NCBI GenBank assembly: GCA_951406725.2
Contig: OX597828.1
Location: 38,688,001-38,752,000, forward strand
Direction of reading: 5' to 3'
Source: Octopus vulgaris
Lineage: Eukaryota
Length of the DNA stretch: 64,000 nt
Position 1 is the stretch's first letter; each line of letters begins with the position of its first letter. Positions 52,774-64,000 of the stretch are shown here, in pieces. Below the pieces are notes generated by a model that ran no database searches, was not told the origin of the DNA, and was given only the letters and a program-made list of their open reading frames with translations. Made by a program: the position numbers and the translations under genes.

Positions 52774-54038
52774 CAGGGGTTGGACAAAAAAATGGCAACA
52801 TCTAGCATCATAGCATCATAATTTGAAAATATCTATAAAACTGCCAAAAGCTTGTTTATTTTTATGTTTTTGATTTATTATTAGTGTTCCTTCATACACT
52901 TTGCTAAACTTACTGTTTCTTTTCAGATATCATCAGAAAAAGGTAATTAAAATTCATTAATATGGCAGATCTTTCAGACTTTCAAAGAAGTCAAATTGTT
53001 GGTGCTCATATGACAAGCACTAGTGTAACGTAAACAGTTGAAATGTTTGGTATATCAAGAAATTCAGTCTCAAAAGTAATGACAGCCTTTGAGAAAAAGG
53101 GTAAAACCTCCCCATCAAAACAAAACTCTGGAAGAAACCAAAACTTTCAGATAGGGGCCGTTGGACTTTTACATGAATTGTTAGACAGGATCACAAAAGT
53201 ACAGCTCCCAAAATTACTGCAGAGCTTAATGACCACCTCAAGAACCCAGTTTCCACAAAGACTGTTTGCTAGGAGCTGATACAAAGTCAGATTTCATGGG
53301 AGGGCTGCAATCAGAAAACCACTACTTTCAAAACAAACATTGCAAAGCATTTAGACTGGAGTAAAAACCTACATAATTGGTTCCTAGAGCAGTGGAAGAA
53401 TGTTATTTTCTTGGACAAGTCATCTTTTACCTTATTTCCAACCACCGGCCAAGTATACATTTGACCCAGACTGCATTTGACCAAGACTGCCTTCTTCCAA
53501 CTGTTAAACATAGAGGAGCATCTGCGATGATCTTGAGGGGGCTATATCTTGGAAATCCGCCAGCCCAATGATTTCCCTTCATGGCAGAATTAATAGTCAA
53601 GACTATTTAAGCATTTTATCTTATCAAATTCATCCTATGGCTGCAAAACTGTTTCTAGAGGGAAATGCAATCTCTCAGGATGATAATGCACCAATTCACA
53701 CAGCTAAAGTTGTTACTGAATGGCACGAAGAACATTCTAGTGAAGTTGAACATCTTATCTGGCCACCACAGCCCTAGATCTCAATATTACTGAGCATTTA
53801 TGGAGCATTTTAGAAAAGCAAGTAAAGAGTCGATACCATCCACACCCATCACTACAAGAACTGGAGCCTGTTTTAGCTGAAGAATGGACAAAAATTCCTT
53901 TGGAAACAATTCAAACTTTGCACAAATCCATACCTTGTAGAATTCAAGCTGTAATTACTGCCAAAGGTGGTCTTGTCCCTTATTAGAATAAATTTGTTTG
54001 AAATTTTAAGGTGCTTCTATTATTTTGTCCAACCCCTG
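52774..54038 (+). mobile_element. full-length degenerate Tc1 transposon (DD34E)
   Basis: TIRs CAGGGGTTGGACAAAA / TTTTGTCCAACCCCTG, TA TSD; MADLSDFQRSQIVGA at 52962, QDDNAPIH, WPPQ..DLNITEHLW; stops and frameshifts. Confidence 0.92.
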
Positions 54039-54086
<48 letters not shown>

Positions 54087-54489
54087 ATTGTGTGTCTTTT
54101 TTTGTCCCCCCACCATCAATTGGCAACCGATGTTGGTGTGTTTACATCCCCAGAACTTGGTTTGGCATAGAATAAGTACTAGGCCTACAATGAATAAATC
54201 CTGGTGTTGACTTATTCGACTAAAGGCGGTGCTCCAGCTTAGCCGCAGTCAAATGACTGAAGCAAATAAAAGAATCGTCATCATTTTAATGTTCACTTTT
54301 CCATGTCTGTATAAGTCAGATGGAACTTATTGCAACAGATTTTCTAGATTGAGTCAGTTGCCCTTCCTGTTGCTAACCCTTGCCTATTTTCAAACGAAGT
54401 AATATATCCCTATGGCCAGACATGTTTGCACAGAATATTGGAAATGGACAGTGATGCTGCTTATGTGACAGTGATACTCATTTACAAGG

Positions 54490-55102
54490 GAGGGGGGAGT
54501 TCTTGGCTTTAAGAGTATCACGAAGGGCCTAGCTGGAGACCTGACCTTCTGAGTTCTTTTGCAGGGCTTAGAAATACTGAAGGCCCACTGCAATAAGTGT
54601 GTGAATCCGTGAGAGGAATATGTTGAATAAAATCATAATTTATTGACCCTCCTGGGAGTGGCTGTGTAGTAAGTAGCTTTTTTACTAACCACATGGTTCC
54701 GGGCTCAGTCCCACTGCGTGGCACCTTGGGCAAGTGTCTTCTACTATAGCCTCGGGCCAACCAAAGCCTTGTGAGTGGAATTGGTAGACGGAAACTGAAA
54801 GAAGCCTGTCGTATATGTATATATATATGCGTGTGTGTGTTTGTGTGACTGTGTTTGTCCCCCTAGCATTGCTTGACAACCGATGCTAGTGTGTGTATGT
54901 CCCCGTTACTTAGCGGTTCGACAAAAGAGAACGATAGAATAAGTACTGGGCTTACAAAAGAATAAGTTCCGGGGTCGAGTTGCTCGATTAAAGGCGGTGC
55001 TCCAGCATGGCCGTAGTCAAATGACTGAAACAAGTAAAAGAGTAAGTGTTCTTCCTGTATTTTATGTTTCTCAAAGCCAGGAACTTTTCAGTATGCCCTC
55101 AT
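54490..55102 (+). mobile_element. mariner-derived MITE split by a full-length SINE A (54655-55045)
   Basis: MITE body 54490-54654 resumes at 55047 and ends aaagccaggaacttttcag. Confidence 0.7.
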
Positions 55103-55126
55103 ATATATATATATATATATATATAT

Positions 55127-55645
55127 AAGACCTGTTGAAGCAAGTGAAATCGAAATCGAAATCAAATTCAATGACTGGCATCCGTGCTAGTGGAGCGCTA
55201 AGAGCACCATCTGAGCGTGATCGTTGCCAGAGCAGCAAACTGGCTTCCGTGCCGGTGGCACGTGAAAAGCACCTTTCAAGTATGATCGTTACTAGCGTCA
55301 TCTTACTGGCACTTGTGCCAGTGTCACATGAAAAAACATTTGAGTGAGATCGTTGCCAGTGCCACTGGACTGGTTCCTGTGCAGGTGGCACATAAAAAAC
55401 ACCATTTGAGCATGGCCATTGCCAGTACCACCGGAATGGCCCTCGTGTCGGTGGCACGTAAAAGCACCCACTACACTCTTGGAGTGGTTGGCGTTACGAA
55501 GGGCATCCAGCTGTATAAGCTCTGCTAGATCAGATTGGAGCCTGGTGCAGCAGTCTGGTTTGCCAGTCCTCAGTCAAATCGTCCAACCCATGCTAGCATG
55601 GAAGGCGGACGTTAAACGATGATGATGATGATGATGATGATGATG
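55127..55645 (+). mobile_element. RTE 3'UTR fragment with (GAT)n tail
   Basis: aagacctgttgaagcaagt start shared with 2692; collinear with 15184-15636. Confidence 0.8.
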
Positions 55646-55748
55646 TTGATATACATACACACACATACACACACACACTCTCACACACATACACACACAC
55701 ACTCTCACACACATACACACACACACACACACACTCACACACACACAA

Positions 55749-55958
55749 GTTGCTGAAAAGTTCCTGGCTTTAAGGGTATCACAAAAGGCCTAGCTGGAGG
55801 CCCAACAGTCCGAGTACTTTTGCAGGGCTTAGAAAAACTAAAGGACTGCTACAATAAGTGTGTGAATCTGCAAGGAGAACATGTTGAATAAAATCATAAT
55901 TAACTGATCCCCTTGTATTTTCTTTTTGTCAAAGCCAGGAACTTTTCAGCACCCCCTC
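55749..55958 (+). mobile_element. mariner-derived MITE
   Basis: TIRs tgctgaaaagttcctggcttt / aaagccaggaacttttcagca. Confidence 0.75.
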
Positions 55959-56560
55959 CTACAGCTATTACACAATCTCAAAGCAATAAGACACACACAC
56001 ACGCATTTGCACATGCATGCACACACACATGCACATGCTCATATGGATATATAGTCACAACTACTACTACAACACTGCTATAACTACTTGAACCAGTGTC
56101 TTCTTAAGGTAGGTGCAATTTGTACTGCAACACATTGAGCCCTGGTAATTCATGGGTCAATGAATAACAATATCGTTAAGAATGGTTATGTGGTTAAGAA
56201 ACTCACTTTAAAAGCATGTGAGTTCAAGTTCAGTCCCACCTTGGGAGTGAATTTGGTAGAAAAAAAAATGAAAAAAAGCCTTATTATATATGTTTGTTGT
56301 TCTCAGATAAGAACTGATGTCACTTCCAAGCCAATAACACCACATGACCTGAGTTGACCAATAGCAGCTTAACATCTAAAAGCCATCTTGAATTTGACTC
56401 ATATGTGTGTTACTTGATCTCCAAATGTTTTGATGACCTATATTCATTTTATGAGCCTAGAAAACATAAAATTGTTCACTCACTCACTTTATCCACTGTC
56501 AGTGGATTAAAGCATCAAGGGTTCTGAGTTCAATCAAACAAGGCATTTATGTGAATCACA

Positions 56561-56688
56561 AGACACCTGAAGAAGGCTGGAGCGCACAACAGCCGAAATG
56601 TAGTGAAAGCAACAATCAAGATGAGGACACCATTCCGACTAAAATAAACAGTGTACAAAATTCCACATCTCAGAAATATAGAATTGTA
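56561..56688 (+). mobile_element. diverged 3' part of the hammerhead-bearing element
   Basis: CAC-CTGAAGA-A-GGCTG-loop-CAGCC-GAA-ATGT-A-GTG, then caagatgaggac and the aaatatagaattgta terminus, homologous to 62612-62715. Confidence 0.7.
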
Positions 56689-56842
56689 TCATCATCTTCA
56701 TCATTTAACATCAGCCTTCCATGCTGGCATGGATGGTTTGACTGGAGGTGGCCAGGCAGAAGACTGCACCACACTTCTCTGTCTGTTTTGGCACAGTTTT
56801 TATGGTTTGATGCCCTTCCTAACACCAACCCCTCAGCAGAGT

Positions 56843-57026
56843 GGTGTATATATATGTATATGTATATGTATATGTATGTGTGTATATGAATGCATATATA
56901 TATGTTTGTATACATGTATATATATGTATATATGTGTGTGTGTGATAGTGTGTGTGCATGTGTGTTTGTGTGTGTATATATATATGTATATGTATGTATG
57001 TATGCATGTATGTATGTATATATATG

Positions 57027-57058
<32 letters not shown>

Positions 57059-57200
57059 CGTACATACATACATGCATGCATGCATACATACATACATACA
57101 TACATACATACATACATACATACATACATACATACATACATACATACATACATACATGCATGCATGCATGCATACATACATACATACACACATACATAAT
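56843..57200. repeat. (TATG)n switching to (CATA)n, a self-complementary microsatellite
   Basis: Strand switch at gtacgtac ~57056-57063. Confidence 0.85.
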
Positions 57201-57389
57201 GGACAGACAGACAGACAGATAAAGGCTACATTTAGATTTTCAAGAATTACGACAATCATTCTCTTAAGATTATATTATTCCTTAATGGTTCCATTGAATT
57301 AACACAACAAACAGGGACAGAAAGACAAATAGTAATGACAAAGGTTCCTTCTATTGTCCTTACAGAACAAACGACTACATCTTACAATT

Positions 57390-57422
<33 letters not shown>

Positions 57423-57775
57423 GCAATAATAATAATGTTGATGATAAGGATGCATGCTGTAGCTCCCAAATGAACTTTCTAGAATACACTTAGTGGACAT
57501 AGATATTGATTCTTACATGTTAGCATTATACTAATGAAATGCTTTTAGTAATGTTAAGTAGTAATGTCTGCAAGGTGCTAAGAATATACAAACATTGGCA
57601 CAATTCAATGGTCTTGCAGCAAAAACTCCATCTGTCAACGTTGACATGTAAGAATGTGCAATGCAGATTATTCATTTTGTTTGAATTAAGAATTGCAGAA
57701 GATTAAAGACATTCCATCATTACAATTTGTTTGGTTTATTTGACTGCGAAAGTTAGTATTAAAAAGGAATCTTTG

Positions 57776-57812
<37 letters not shown>

Positions 57813-58607
57813 GTAAACACATTTCTAAAGAATTTGCTTCCTATTCAACCCTACTTAGAAGAATTTATACTTTCGATTACTTCTTAATGTACAAACTCCA
57901 TTAGCTGCACTTTTTTTTTAATCTTTCTTTTATTTTGTTGTTATCATCTTTTTTTGTGTGTGTGTGTGTGTGTGTGTGCCTCTGTTACTAAAAATAGTTT
58001 TGATTGGTTGAAGAACAGGTTCAAGATGAAAGTGAAGAATGCTGCTTTTTATAGCTTTTAAGAGATGAATTACTTAAAGAGATGGTTTTGACAACATCCG
58101 TCAGTGACTATTGAATGGTCTTAGATAAATATAGATTTTTATGAAGTTTATTGAAATATTTCTAGGTATTCTCCCCCCCCCTCTCTCTCTCTTTTTTTTT
58201 TTTTGCAACTAAAGCAGTTGCTGATGAAGAGGGCAGGGGTAAGGTTGATGGGGTGGAGGCATTTAGATATTTTTTCTTTGCCTTTTAATCAATATCTTTG
58301 AAATAGTTCAAGTAATACAAAGTCTTGTATACATAAATCGTCTGCGAAGGAATCTATGCACACATTCACATTCCAGTGTATGGAATACCTCTTTCTTTCC
58401 CATTTTGGTACCAGGCAAAAACATTCGTAGAAGTAACATTGTATGCCATCATCGTCATCATCATCATCAGCAGCAGCATCACCATCATCATCACCATCGT
58501 CACCTTTGATCAGACAGATTTATGATCAAAGTTACTCCAGTTGTCTACCATTCCAGATTTATTTATAAATTTTTCACACTTAGTCTATGTTGGAGTGCAA
58601 TATTCAA

Positions 58608-58818
58608 TGAGCTGGCAGAAACATTGGCACGCGAGGGGAAATACTTAGCAGTATTTCATCTGTCTTTGTGTTCTGAGTTCAAATTCCACCAAGGTCGACT
58701 TTGCATTTCATCCTCTCGGGGTTGATAAATTAAGTACCAGTTGCTCGGCTAAAGGCGGTGCTCCAGCATGGCCACAGTTACATGACTGAAACAAATATAA
58801 GAGTAAAAGAGTAAAGAG
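58608..58818 (+). mobile_element. chimeric SINE: family B head with family A tail
   Basis: gagctggcagaaac.ttggcacgc head, then taaaggcggtgctccagcatggccacag..(taaaagag)n. Confidence 0.7.
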
Positions 58819-58820
58819 TG

Positions 58821-58853
<33 letters not shown>

Positions 58854-58916
58854 ATATATACATATACATATATATATATATTATTGGCTAAACTGGCAAC
58901 ATGACCATCCCAAAAT

Positions 58917-58959
<43 letters not shown>

Positions 58960-58966
58960 TACATAT

Positions 58967-59005
<39 letters not shown>

Positions 59006-60394
59006 TACATATTATGTATGTATCATTATCATCATCACCATCATCATTTAACATTCACCTTCTATGCTGGCATGGGTGGGACGGTTTGATAGGAGCCAGC
59101 CAAGCAGAAGCCTGCACCAGACTTCTGTGTCTCTTTTGGCAGGATATTTACAGCTGGATGTTCTTCCTAACACCAACCACTCAGCTGAGTGGACTTAATG
59201 CTTCTTATGTGGCACAAACACAAGCAAGGTTAGTTTTGGCAAGGCTTTTACAGCTGGATGCCCTTCCAAGTGCCAGCCACTTTACAGTGTGGACTGAGTG
59301 CTTTTTAAGTGCACCTACAATGACAGGGTCACCAAGTACTTGCAAGACAAAACTCTTTTGAAAGAGGAGGGGGCATTGGAGGAGGTGATCTTGTGTTGGA
59401 TGATGAAAGATTATAGTTAGACAGAGAGACAGAAACAAGTGTCTTGTTGTAGAGGAGATACAAGGTTCCCTGGCCAGGGAGAGAGAGGGGGGGAGAGATC
59501 AGGAATGAAGATAGAAACAGGAGAAGGAGAGAGGGAGAGAATGGGAGACAGCAGGATAGAGATGGTGACAAAGTACTGGGCATACTCACAAGGGGCAGGA
59601 GTCAAAATATAAATGGGATGGTTGAGTAAAAGAAGAGAGAAATATAGATGGTGGCAAGTGCCAGGGCATACCCTTGGGGTTCGAATGACATAATATAAGT
59701 GGCAGGATATTGTGAAAGAAGCATGATTAGAGAGTACAGCAGGGGAGTGGGAAGTGAGTGGTGAAATAGAAACAAATATTTTGATAGATCAAGACATCAA
59801 AGACTATACACGATCTGTAGCTACTCTTGAATCCCTGTAGCCATATATATATAGAGTGCAGGGAGCTACCATATAACAATGATACAGAGGACACACACAC
59901 ACACACACACACACACACTTATATACATACACACACGCATACACATATACGTGTGTGTGTGTGTGTGTGTGTACAAGTACACAATAGGAATATTTGGCAG
60001 TCCCAAAACACTTAGAGATGGAAATCAAATGACTACATTCACGTTTAAAAATAACTGGCTAACAATAAACAGGATGTCATCAAACATTAAGCAACTAATT
60101 CAACCATTCAAGTCTGAAAAATGCATTAACATTTTTTTTTTACAATAGCAAGCTGACCACTCAAATACATTGAACCTAGCAAATGTAAAATTTTTTTTTG
60201 TTTTAATTTCAATTGTTGTAAACAAGTACTTTTCTTGGACAAATGATATATGAGGTAATTCATAAAACAATTTCATTTTTGTCATGCTTTTTTTTCTGAT
60301 AAAAACATCAATTATATTCTTGGCATATTTTAGCCATAAGACTGCAGTAGCACATGCTTTGAACCAGTGAGCTGTGAGTCAAGACCAAAGATAG

Positions 60395-60650
60395 ATTTCT
60401 TTACTGGCCACGCAGGGCTGAACACAGAAGGGACAAAATACAAAGTAGAGCTTTTCTTTTTGGGAAGGAAAAAAGGTGGGGGCGAATACTGATCAAAAGG
60501 GATTGTGAGAAAAAAAAGTGGGGCTGATTAATAGGGATCGTGTATCACAGAAATGTTAATGCAAAAGGGGAAAACAGATTAGGTTTGTCCATGGGTAGAA
60601 AAGCTTAGGGAAAAGACCATGGAAACCTTGGGCAATAGTGTCATGCAAAA
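60395..60650 (-). mobile_element. old Tx1-like 3'UTR fragment
   Basis: ttctttactggccacgcagggctgaacacagaagggacaa resembles 44596-44650. Confidence 0.5.
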
Positions 60651-61211
60651 AGAAAACACATTACAGTAAGTGGCTCCCTTTTTTTCTTTTGGTTCATAAG
60701 ATTATGCTCCAAAAGATATCAATGACAAGGATAACTATGATGACACAGCTAAACCACTGAGCTGCTAGAATCACAGGACCACACCTACTGTCATACCTGA
60801 TCCAACAGTATCTCATACAATCTCTCAACTGTCTAATTTGGTGTAAATATCCCTTCTGCCATTGGTAATAATGACAATACTTAGCTTACTCTTTTACTTG
60901 TTTCAGTCATTTGACTGTGGTCATGCTGGAGCACCGCCTTTAGTCAAGCAAATCAATCCCAGGACTTATTCTTCATAAGCCTAGTACTTATTCTAGCAGT
61001 TTCTTTTGCTGAACTGCTAAGTTATGTGGATGTAAACACACCAGCATCGATTGTCAAGTGAAGTTTGGGGGACATACACAGACACACAAACATATACACA
61101 CATGTACATATATATATATATATATATAAACAATTGCAGAGTAGAAGGTGTTTATAAGCCATTTAAGAAACACACAAAAACCGTTAGATTCACTTCAACA
61201 TTTAAATTTAA

Positions 61212-61263
61212 TTTGTCAAAATATTTTCGTCGCTTTGAGACCGCGACCTGTTCACTGACAAAA
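61212..61263 (-). ncRNA. minimal type-I hammerhead-like motif with a G3-C8 core, in a Penelope-like 3' end (~61127-61275)
   Basis: TTTGTCA-GTGAACA-G-GTCGC ggtctcaaa GCGAC-GAA-AATATT-T-TGACAAA: 7-bp helix I, 5-bp helix II, palindromic helix III. Confidence 0.7.
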
Positions 61264-61323
61264 CTTTGTGCTGCATCTGTATATGAATATGCATGTATAT
61301 GTCTGAATATATATTTATGTATG

Positions 61324-61388
<65 letters not shown>

Positions 61389-61530
61389 ATGTGTGTGTGT
61401 GTGCGCGCGTGTGTGTGTGCATATAGTTCAAACACTGACATGAATTATTTAATAAATGATAACATTAGTCGCTTCAGCTAAACAAACAGATTAGCGAAAA
61501 CAGTGGACCATTAGAACCATTAGAGACCTA

Positions 61531-61911
61531 TCTCTCTCTATATAAACGGCAGTTTGTCTGTGCGTGTTTCTGTGTGTCTGTTTGCTTGTACCCTCACCCT
61601 GACCACGGCTTTCAACCGATTCTGATGAAACTTGACACACACATAGCCCAATGTCATAATTCAAAACTAACGCAGCGAAAATTTTGAAAAGTTCCCCCAG
61701 TTCTGAAAAGAATCGATAAATTCGACATGGGGTCGAGAATCAGAAACACAAACCGCAAACTGTCTAGGGGACGCAACTCCACCTTTTTTAACTAAAAAAA
61801 ATTTACCATCCTTTTTTTCCATTTTTTTGCTATTTTTTGGCTATAACTCTCTAAAAATGCTTTATAGTTATTTCCCTTACAAACCTGAGCAACGCCGGGC
61901 GATACTGCTAG
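61531..61911 (+). mobile_element. non-autonomous Helitron
   Basis: A|TC 5' end; subterminal hairpin cctgagcaacgccggg; CTAG|T 3' end; no TSD. Confidence 0.8.
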
Positions 61912-62317
61912 TTAAATAAATATCTCGCTGTTATTTCCGGACAAAGATTAAACAGAATTACTTTGATGCAACATCAGTTTTTGCATTAAACAAGCAGCAG
62001 TGAAAACAGGCTGCATACAGGAATAAGAAAGGGTTAGATCAGGTGTCAGCAAACTTCTCACATAACTGACTCCTTTATGGAATCATTGATGAATTTGGCA
62101 ACCCCCAGCATGTAAATTTATAAAATAAAAGTTAGGATACAGTTCTATATTTAAGAGATGAGGAATTATGTACTTTATTTACATTCGACGGATATTTGTC
62201 CTACGGGCATATGGCATAGTGGTTAAGAGCGCAGGCTACTAACCCCAAGATTCCAAGTTCAATTCCAAGCAGTGACCTGAACAATAACAATAATAATAAT
62301 AATAATAATAATAATAA

Positions 62318-62503
62318 GGACTTACAAACACATATAACGTACAGAAAATTGCACTACTAGGCACTGCACACATCCTACGCAGAACACTTTCAATACAGTA
62401 ACCATCAGAGCATCACAACAAATCACAGCACATACCCAAGGCACACAGAGCTGCGCTCGGTAGTGAAGTGAAAGCACGTTATAAAAATAAAACTACTGAA
62501 TGA
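62318..62503 (+). mobile_element. R4/Dong-clade non-LTR retrotransposon 3' end inserted in (TAA)n
   Basis: VQKIALLGTAHILRRTL* is the typical C-terminus after the restriction-like endonuclease; (TAA)n on both sides. Confidence 0.75.
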
Positions 62504-62612
62504 TAATAATAATAATAATAACAATAATAATAACAACAATAAATATAATAATAATAATAACAACATCAAAAAATACCTTTGGAATGAGAACCCAGGTTCA
62601 AAATTTTCCAAA

Positions 62613-62658
62613 GACACCTGAAGAAGGCTGGAGGGTATATCAGCCGAAACGTTGTGTT
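62613..62658 (+). ncRNA. minimal type-I hammerhead ribozyme motif
   Basis: GACAC-CTGAAGA-A-GGCTG gagggtatat CAGCC-GAA-ACGT-T-GTGTT: CUGANGA and GAAA cores intact, palindromic helix III. Confidence 0.75.
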
Positions 62659-62820
62659 AACAACAAACAAGATGAGGACAAATATCCGTCAAATGTAAAT
62701 AATGTAAATAATGTAAAAGTTAGGATTATGATTAAAAATAAAATTTGGGGGATATAAAAACACTCCTTCATTTTTTGTTGTTGTTTTTTCTATTACTACT
62801 GCTTTTTAATAAAAAAAATA

Positions 62821-63041
62821 TAGTGGTTAGGGCAGCGGACTTGCGGTCGGAGGATCGCGGTTTCGATTCCCAGACCGGGCGTTGTGTGTGTTTATTGAGC
62901 GAAAACACCTAAAAGCTCCACGAGGCTCCGGCAGGGGATGGTGGTGATCCCTGCTGTACTCTTTCACCACTCTAAAGGCGGTGCTCCAGCATGGCCGCAG
63001 TCAAAATGACTGAAACAAGTACAAAAAAAAAAAAAAAAAAA
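62821..63041 (+). mobile_element. young CpG-rich SINE: distinct tRNA head, family A tail, poly(A)
   Basis: tagtggttagggcagcggac..ggtttcgattccc head; taaaggcggtgctccagcatggccgcagtc tail; A-run of about 19. Confidence 0.75.
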
Positions 63042-64000
63042 TCCCTTTAGCTTTTAAACCAGTCATATCCAACTCAGATATTCTAGTTGTTCTGTGTTCT
63101 AACAGGCCAGATCCAGCCACTCACACCTACCATATAATGTTGTTCAAAAACAAAACAAAAAAAAACAAATGCAAAAAAAAAGTTAAAATATCAAAAAGTA
63201 TGCAAAAAGAAATTTCCTTTTTAATTTTTTTTTTTTTAATTTGTACAACTGGTTTCTCTATTCACTTCAACTCGCCACTATGGTACAGTTGACTTTGAAA
63301 TTCTGAGCAACAATGTAACTTTCATTTCATTACAGTAATCTCAGCCTGATGATTAGCTAAGCTCAGTATTACTCATTGTGTAAGAATTACATCAAGAGCT
63401 TCAACTAGCTAAGAAACATATGTAGCCTGGGTTTTACCTCTTCCACTCACTCAATTTGGACTTTTACTCACATGTGTAGCAGCTCCAGTTGCTAGCTGTG
63501 AGCTATATAGGAACTATCAGCTTATCAAATATCCTTACAACATCAGTTTGGGAAAATGGATGTAACTCTCAATGCCAATAAATTTCTGTTGTTTCTTATA
63601 GTACACTGTCCACTTTCTGTTCTTTATAACTGCCACTCACTGCTTGAAACTTACCAACTTCCTACACTTGGATCCCTGAGTCATATATATGTGTGTGTGT
63701 ATGTGTGTGTGTGTACATAGATATATACATAGATATAGATATAGGAATACACACACACATGCACATGTATACATTAGATAGATAGATGGACAGATATACA
63801 TAATAACATACATATATATATATATTATTTCAAAGAATGTAAACAAACATATGTTTGCTTTAGAAGTGCTGAAATGTGTATTGTGAGATACAAATAAAGG
63901 TAATCTATTTTCAAACACACAAATGCTGATAGAACAGCAGAGACAGGATAAAATATCCATACAAAGTGGAAAAATATGTCAGCAATCAGCCATGAAATAT

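Larger units (their letters stand above)
62138..62715 (+). mobile_element. tRNA-head + (AAT)n + hammerhead element with an inverted 3'-end copy upstream
   Basis: 62138-62202 is an inverted copy of the family 3' end; head at 62203-62280; (AAT)n; HHR at 62613-62658. Confidence 0.8.

Overview
AT-rich, repeat-saturated eukaryotic DNA with no confidently identifiable host gene; it is intergenic or a large intron. The SINE, RTE and microsatellite repertoire and a long GC-rich 18S V4 segment suggest an octopod cephalopod (inference). Nearly all supplied ORFs are microsatellite or antisense artefacts. Main contents: (1) a full-length Tx1/L1-clade LINE on the minus strand (~44593-50360) with an intact 1144-aa APE-RT-zf ORF2 and an ORF1 split by a 1-nt homopolymer frameshift just before a CCHC knuckle; (2) degenerate mariner, Tc1, hAT, piggyBac-like and Helitron elements; (3) many tRNA-derived SINEs and RTE, CR1, R4/Dong and Gypsy fragments; (4) an 18S rRNA pseudogene fragment; (5) a 40-bp minisatellite. 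The most unusual signal is a set of minimal type-I hammerhead ribozyme (HHR) motifs in Penelope-like inverted structures. One has a compensatory G3-C8 core. Another belongs to a small non-coding family with the layout tRNA-like Pol III head + (AAT)n/(AAC)n + HHR + conserved 3' end, which inserts as inverted/palindromic copies. Its (AAT)n tract has been hit independently by the Tx1 LINE and by an R4/Dong element. Coordinates of old repeats are approximate and were read by eye; no ribozyme activity or database match has been tested.
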